Shown here in pieces: positions 60,931 through 64,000 of a stretch of 64,000 nucleotides of DNA; the first letter of the stretch is position 1, and the number at the start of each line of letters is the position of its first letter. The stretch lies in contig CAWCNY010000002.1 of assembly GCA_963797095.1 (NCBI GenBank), positions 64,001-128,000 of the forward strand, written 5' to 3'. Source of the DNA: an uncultured Chloroflexia bacterium. Lineage in GTDB: Bacteria; Chloroflexota; Chloroflexia; QHBQ01; JADMIH01. The notes under the pieces are model-generated. The model saw nothing but the letters and a program-made list of their open reading frames with translations, was not told the DNA's origin and did not search any database. A program made the translations under genes and the position numbers.

Positions 60931-60993
60931 ATCTAACTGCGGCTGTAGTACTGGTTCCTTTTTCTATATTGTCATCCGACTACTGGCTACCGA

Positions 60994-63258
60994 CTACAAC
61001 TCCAGCCAATCATCGTGCTGACCCTGCGTGCTCCCCTGGTTGCGCCACTGCAATTCTATATCCACAGAATCGCCCGCAGGGAGCTTCAGCAGCCATTGCA
61101 GCAGGAGGCAGCTCCCCTGGTATACGCGCTCGAACCCGCCCTCTGAACCTGACACAGTCTCGATAGGGTAACGCCAGAATGTAGCTTCGTGGTTGAGTCG
61201 TAGCCCCATCTCGATCTCCAGCCAGGAGTTGCCCACGGCCAGTTCAGTCACGTTCTTCACCTCCCCTGTGGAGTCCAGCAACGGGTTGTCTAGTTCGACC
61301 CCCTCCACCCGGTAATAGGCGGTGGGGTTATGTCCGCCTCCCAGCAGATTGATATTCCACTCCGACGCGAACACGGCGGTCAATTCGTTGTAGCCTGTGT
61401 TCTGGAGAGTGTAGCAGACGCGGAAGTTGGGCGAGCCTGGCTTGAGGGTAAGGCGCTTGCTCACGCGCACCGGACGCTCGCCGATCTCTGTCTTGATGTG
61501 GCCGTCCCGCACCAGCACCACATTGAACACATTGCCGTTGCTCTCCATCTCTGCCATGTATGGCTCGTTAATAAAATCTCCCTCTTCGTTGTAGGCCATA
61601 TCGCGGAAGTTTTCGAGCGTGGTGCCGGGGCCGAGGAAGTGCTCTATCATGCAGCTTCGCCTGTAGGTATCGTAGTGCAGCAGCAGGTCGAGGTTTTCCT
61701 CTTTGACCGTGACCGCATCGAGAGGCGCGTCGATCCCGCCCGATTTCGCGTCTTTGGTCTTCGATCTTCGTTTGCCCTTCTGGGCTTTTGCCGCCTGGCG
61801 CTTGCGCTCCTCCGAATCGCGCAGCCTGGTGTGATATGCCTCAGGGCGGCGGCTGACGGTCGACGCCAGGTTGTAATTGTGCGGGCGAAGGTCCCACTCG
61901 AATATTGAGCCGCCTTCCGCCAGATCTATATAGAGATTGAGAGCGTTCCCTTCGATCAACAACTCATGCATCGAGTCGCGGTCGAAGTCGGTGATGTCGG
62001 GCTTGAGCCAGTTCTCATCGCCATACAGGGCGCGCTCCGCTAGAGCCTGGGCGCGCAGCAAATGCCCCTGCACCCGTACCCGTAAATCGTTGAGATATAC
62101 GCCACCAAATAGCCCATGCCAATATGTATCGTTGCTCTGCCCGCGCCACAGGTCCTCGCGAGCACCGGCCAAATCATCTTTGCCTTCGTCATCCTCTGCC
62201 TGTGTTTGCCCTATCAGATCGTGCACTCGCAGCATCTTCTTATGCTGTGTGTTTGCCTCAGGATACTTCGCCAGGAAATTGCGCCAGAACCCAGCGTGCA
62301 TGAATTTGTAGGCCGGGTTGCCTTCCGACTCGAGCTTGTGTAGCAGAAGGGAGTAGTTGTGCGACTCTTCGGCAGGAAGCGCCCATTCCATCATCTCGGA
62401 ATATGAAGCGGTGGGCAGGTATACGCGCCCCACTGCGGGATATTGTTTGACGTGGTCCGTCAGTTTGATAGTGTGCAGCCAGCTTTTGTTGACTTCTAGG
62501 GCTTCAAAGAAATCATCCACCCAGCCGCTTTTGCCATCCGAACCCCAGCAATAATCGTAAGTGCCGGGCCATGCACCGAACTTCTCGCCATCGTCCCCTA
62601 CCGCCAGTATCTTACCGGGTTGGGTGGACACTTGCTCTTTGAGGTACTCGATTGCTTCTTCTACCGGTCGCCACGGGATTATGTAGCGCATCTGCTGTGA
62701 CGTGGCGAAGATGTTGGTGATGTGCCCATTGTCCTCCGTCACGAAATAACCTGTAAGGTCGGAATCGTCCATACCGATCATCTTGAAGTGGTTGTCGTCC
62801 ACGATGGTCCAGGCGATACCAGCACCCGCAAGGTGCGTTGGCAAAGTTGGCTCCCACACGCGCTCTGCAAGCCACATCCCGGCTGGGTCATGGTCGAATT
62901 CACGACGCACGATCTCAGACAGCTTCAGTATTTGGGCGCGCTTATCGTCGTCCGGTATGCTTGGCAGGATCGGTTCGTAATACCCACCTGAAAGGATCTC
63001 GACCTGCCCTCGCTGCACCAGGGCGCGGATGCGGCGAATATAGTCGGGCTTGTTCGCCATCAACCAGTCGAGCAGGGAGCCTGTATGGTGGAGACCGCAA
63101 CTGACGCCTGGGTGTCGCTCCAGCGCTGCCAGCAGGAGATCGTAGCAGCGTGCATGAATCTCCTCGAATACCTGATGCGACTGGCCGACGGGTTGATGAT
63201 TGTGAAATACCATGCCGAGTGAGATATGGCTGCTTGCGGTCATTGTATGTAACTCCAT
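60994..63258 (-). CDS. GH57 alpha-amylase / 4-alpha-glucanotransferase
   Basis: HNHQPVG, GYYEPIL, GMWLAERVWEP, DDGEKFG, WHGLFGG and SEGGFERVYQG motifs. Confidence 0.92.
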   Translation of the reverse strand: MELHTMTASSHISLGMVFHNHQPVGQSHQVFEEIHARCYDLLLAALERHPGVSCGLHHTGSLLDWLMANKPDYIRRIRALVQRGQVEILSGGYYEPILPSIPDDDKRAQILKLSEIVRREFDHDPAGMWLAERVWEPTLPTHLAGAGIAWTIVDDNHFKMIGMDDSDLTGYFVTEDNGHITNIFATSQQMRYIIPWRPVEEAIEYLKEQVSTQPGKILAVGDDGEKFGAWPGTYDYCWGSDGKSGWVDDFFEALEVNKSWLHTIKLTDHVKQYPAVGRVYLPTASYSEMMEWALPAEESHNYSLLLHKLESEGNPAYKFMHAGFWRNFLAKYPEANTQHKKMLRVHDLIGQTQAEDDEGKDDLAGAREDLWRGQSNDTYWHGLFGGVYLNDLRVRVQGHLLRAQALAERALYGDENWLKPDITDFDRDSMHELLIEGNALNLYIDLAEGGSIFEWDLRPHNYNLASTVSRRPEAYHTRLRDSEERKRQAAKAQKGKRRSKTKDAKSGGIDAPLDAVTVKEENLDLLLHYDTYRRSCMIEHFLGPGTTLENFRDMAYNEEGDFINEPYMAEMESNGNVFNVVLVRDGHIKTEIGERPVRVSKRLTLKPGSPNFRVCYTLQNTGYNELTAVFASEWNINLLGGGHNPTAYYRVEGVELDNPLLDSTGEVKNVTELAVGNSWLEIEMGLRLNHEATFWRYPIETVSGSEGGFERVYQGSCLLLQWLLKLPAGDSVDIELQWRNQGSTQGQHDDWLEL

Positions 63259-63492
63259 CTAATTTGCTTGCCCATAGAAACAGGTAATTGAGAGAAATGC
63301 AGACGCTACTATAACAGAAAGCGTTGCGGTCGTTAAGAACACGCCCCACTATTGGGTTGCGTAGAGTTGCCTCTTATATCTCCCCAAGCTGGCAGCAAAA
63401 CAGAATCCGCGCCAAGCGGCGCGGATTCATTGTTGATTCCGTTTTCTATATGCGTGAATATTATCCTATTAGCACCGTGTCTCCAAACAAGT

Positions 63493-63750
63493 TTAGCTAC
63501 CTATGCGGTCGTGCTCTACCAGCCATTTGACGAACAAAAGCTTCTTGAACTCCGGTGTCAGATCGGAATACTCTCCTCTGGCTACCGCCTTCTTGACGCG
63601 GGCGAGCGCAGAAGTCTCTGTAGGCGTGAAACCCTCAAGCAGAGTTCCGACACTTTCGACCTCTGTGCGGCGCTCGGAGCTTGTCTTATTCTTGGAGCTG
63701 GTGTCCTGCGCTTTGTATTTGCTGTTCTTGTTTTTTGTGGTCTCGGCCAT
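63493..63750 (-). CDS. Small hypothetical protein
   Basis: AAGGA RBS; basic N-terminus and a helical C-terminus (GEYSD...KLLFVKWLVEH). Confidence 0.7.
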   Translation of the reverse strand: MAETTKNKNSKYKAQDTSSKNKTSSERRTEVESVGTLLEGFTPTETSALARVKKAVARGEYSDLTPEFKKLLFVKWLVEHDRIGS

Positions 63751-64000
63751 TGTGTTATCCTTTCCTGTTCCTTTGGGAAGGCGAGACATTGTGATTATGG
63801 TTTCCGGATCGATGGCGGGGGCGCTGTCTATTCTTATAATAATTATACCAAAGTGGGGTAAGTCGTGAATTGCACATTGGTCCGGTATGTATCTGGTACG
63901 TTAGTATCGCTCCTGGGGTTCGTGGATCTTCTTATCTTCGCAATAAGCAAACGCCATGCCAGAAACACTGATTTGCTTACACTTGATTAACGTAAGCAAA

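Larger units (their letters stand above)
59396..60952. mobile_element. IR-bounded non-autonomous cassette carrying an oxidoreductase gene
   Basis: 19-bp perfect IR AGTACTACAGCCGCAGTTA (59396-59414) and TAACTGCGGCTGTAGTACT (60934-60952), subterminal GATCTT(G)CAAA motifs, no transposase inside. Confidence 0.7.

Noticed and set aside
1-64000. tRNA, rRNA, cas, phage or defence genes
   Set aside because: None recognised by eye; a covariance-model or HMM search would be needed to exclude divergent ones.

Overview
Core-chromosome window of a moderately GC-rich bacterium, most likely Chloroflexota (an inference from gene content: T-box control, parS, rodZ-yajQ-rimO, Thr/Pro-rich lipoproteins). It has about 50 genes. 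These include mgtA, a Ser T-box operon (SerA-SerB fusion plus a class V aminotransferase), an ABC-2 exporter, a probable oriC directly before dnaN with no dnaA and two parS sites after it, a phospholipid operon, an RpoD-family sigma factor, pyrC, fabZ, accA/accD, envelope glycosyltransferases and a compatible-solute/trehalose region (gpgS, treS, otsAB, GH57). A rich layer of mobile and repeated DNA is superimposed. An ISAzo13 splits an aminotransferase, three MITEs have 8-bp target duplications, a ~130-bp dispersed element occurs four times, and CG-containing heptamer tracts sit at many gene junctions and inside protein loops. A nested insertion hotspot lies at 57.5-61 kb. The most striking single observation is inside a dead transposase: 37 bp of the gene's own sequence (GTTCGAA...TTTGAAC) is duplicated around a 35-bp unrelated insert, the geometry expected of an off-target Cas1-Cas2 spacer integration (a one-spacer neo-CRISPR). 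No rRNA, tRNA or cas genes were recognised. All calls come from reading the sequence by eye; no database searches were run.
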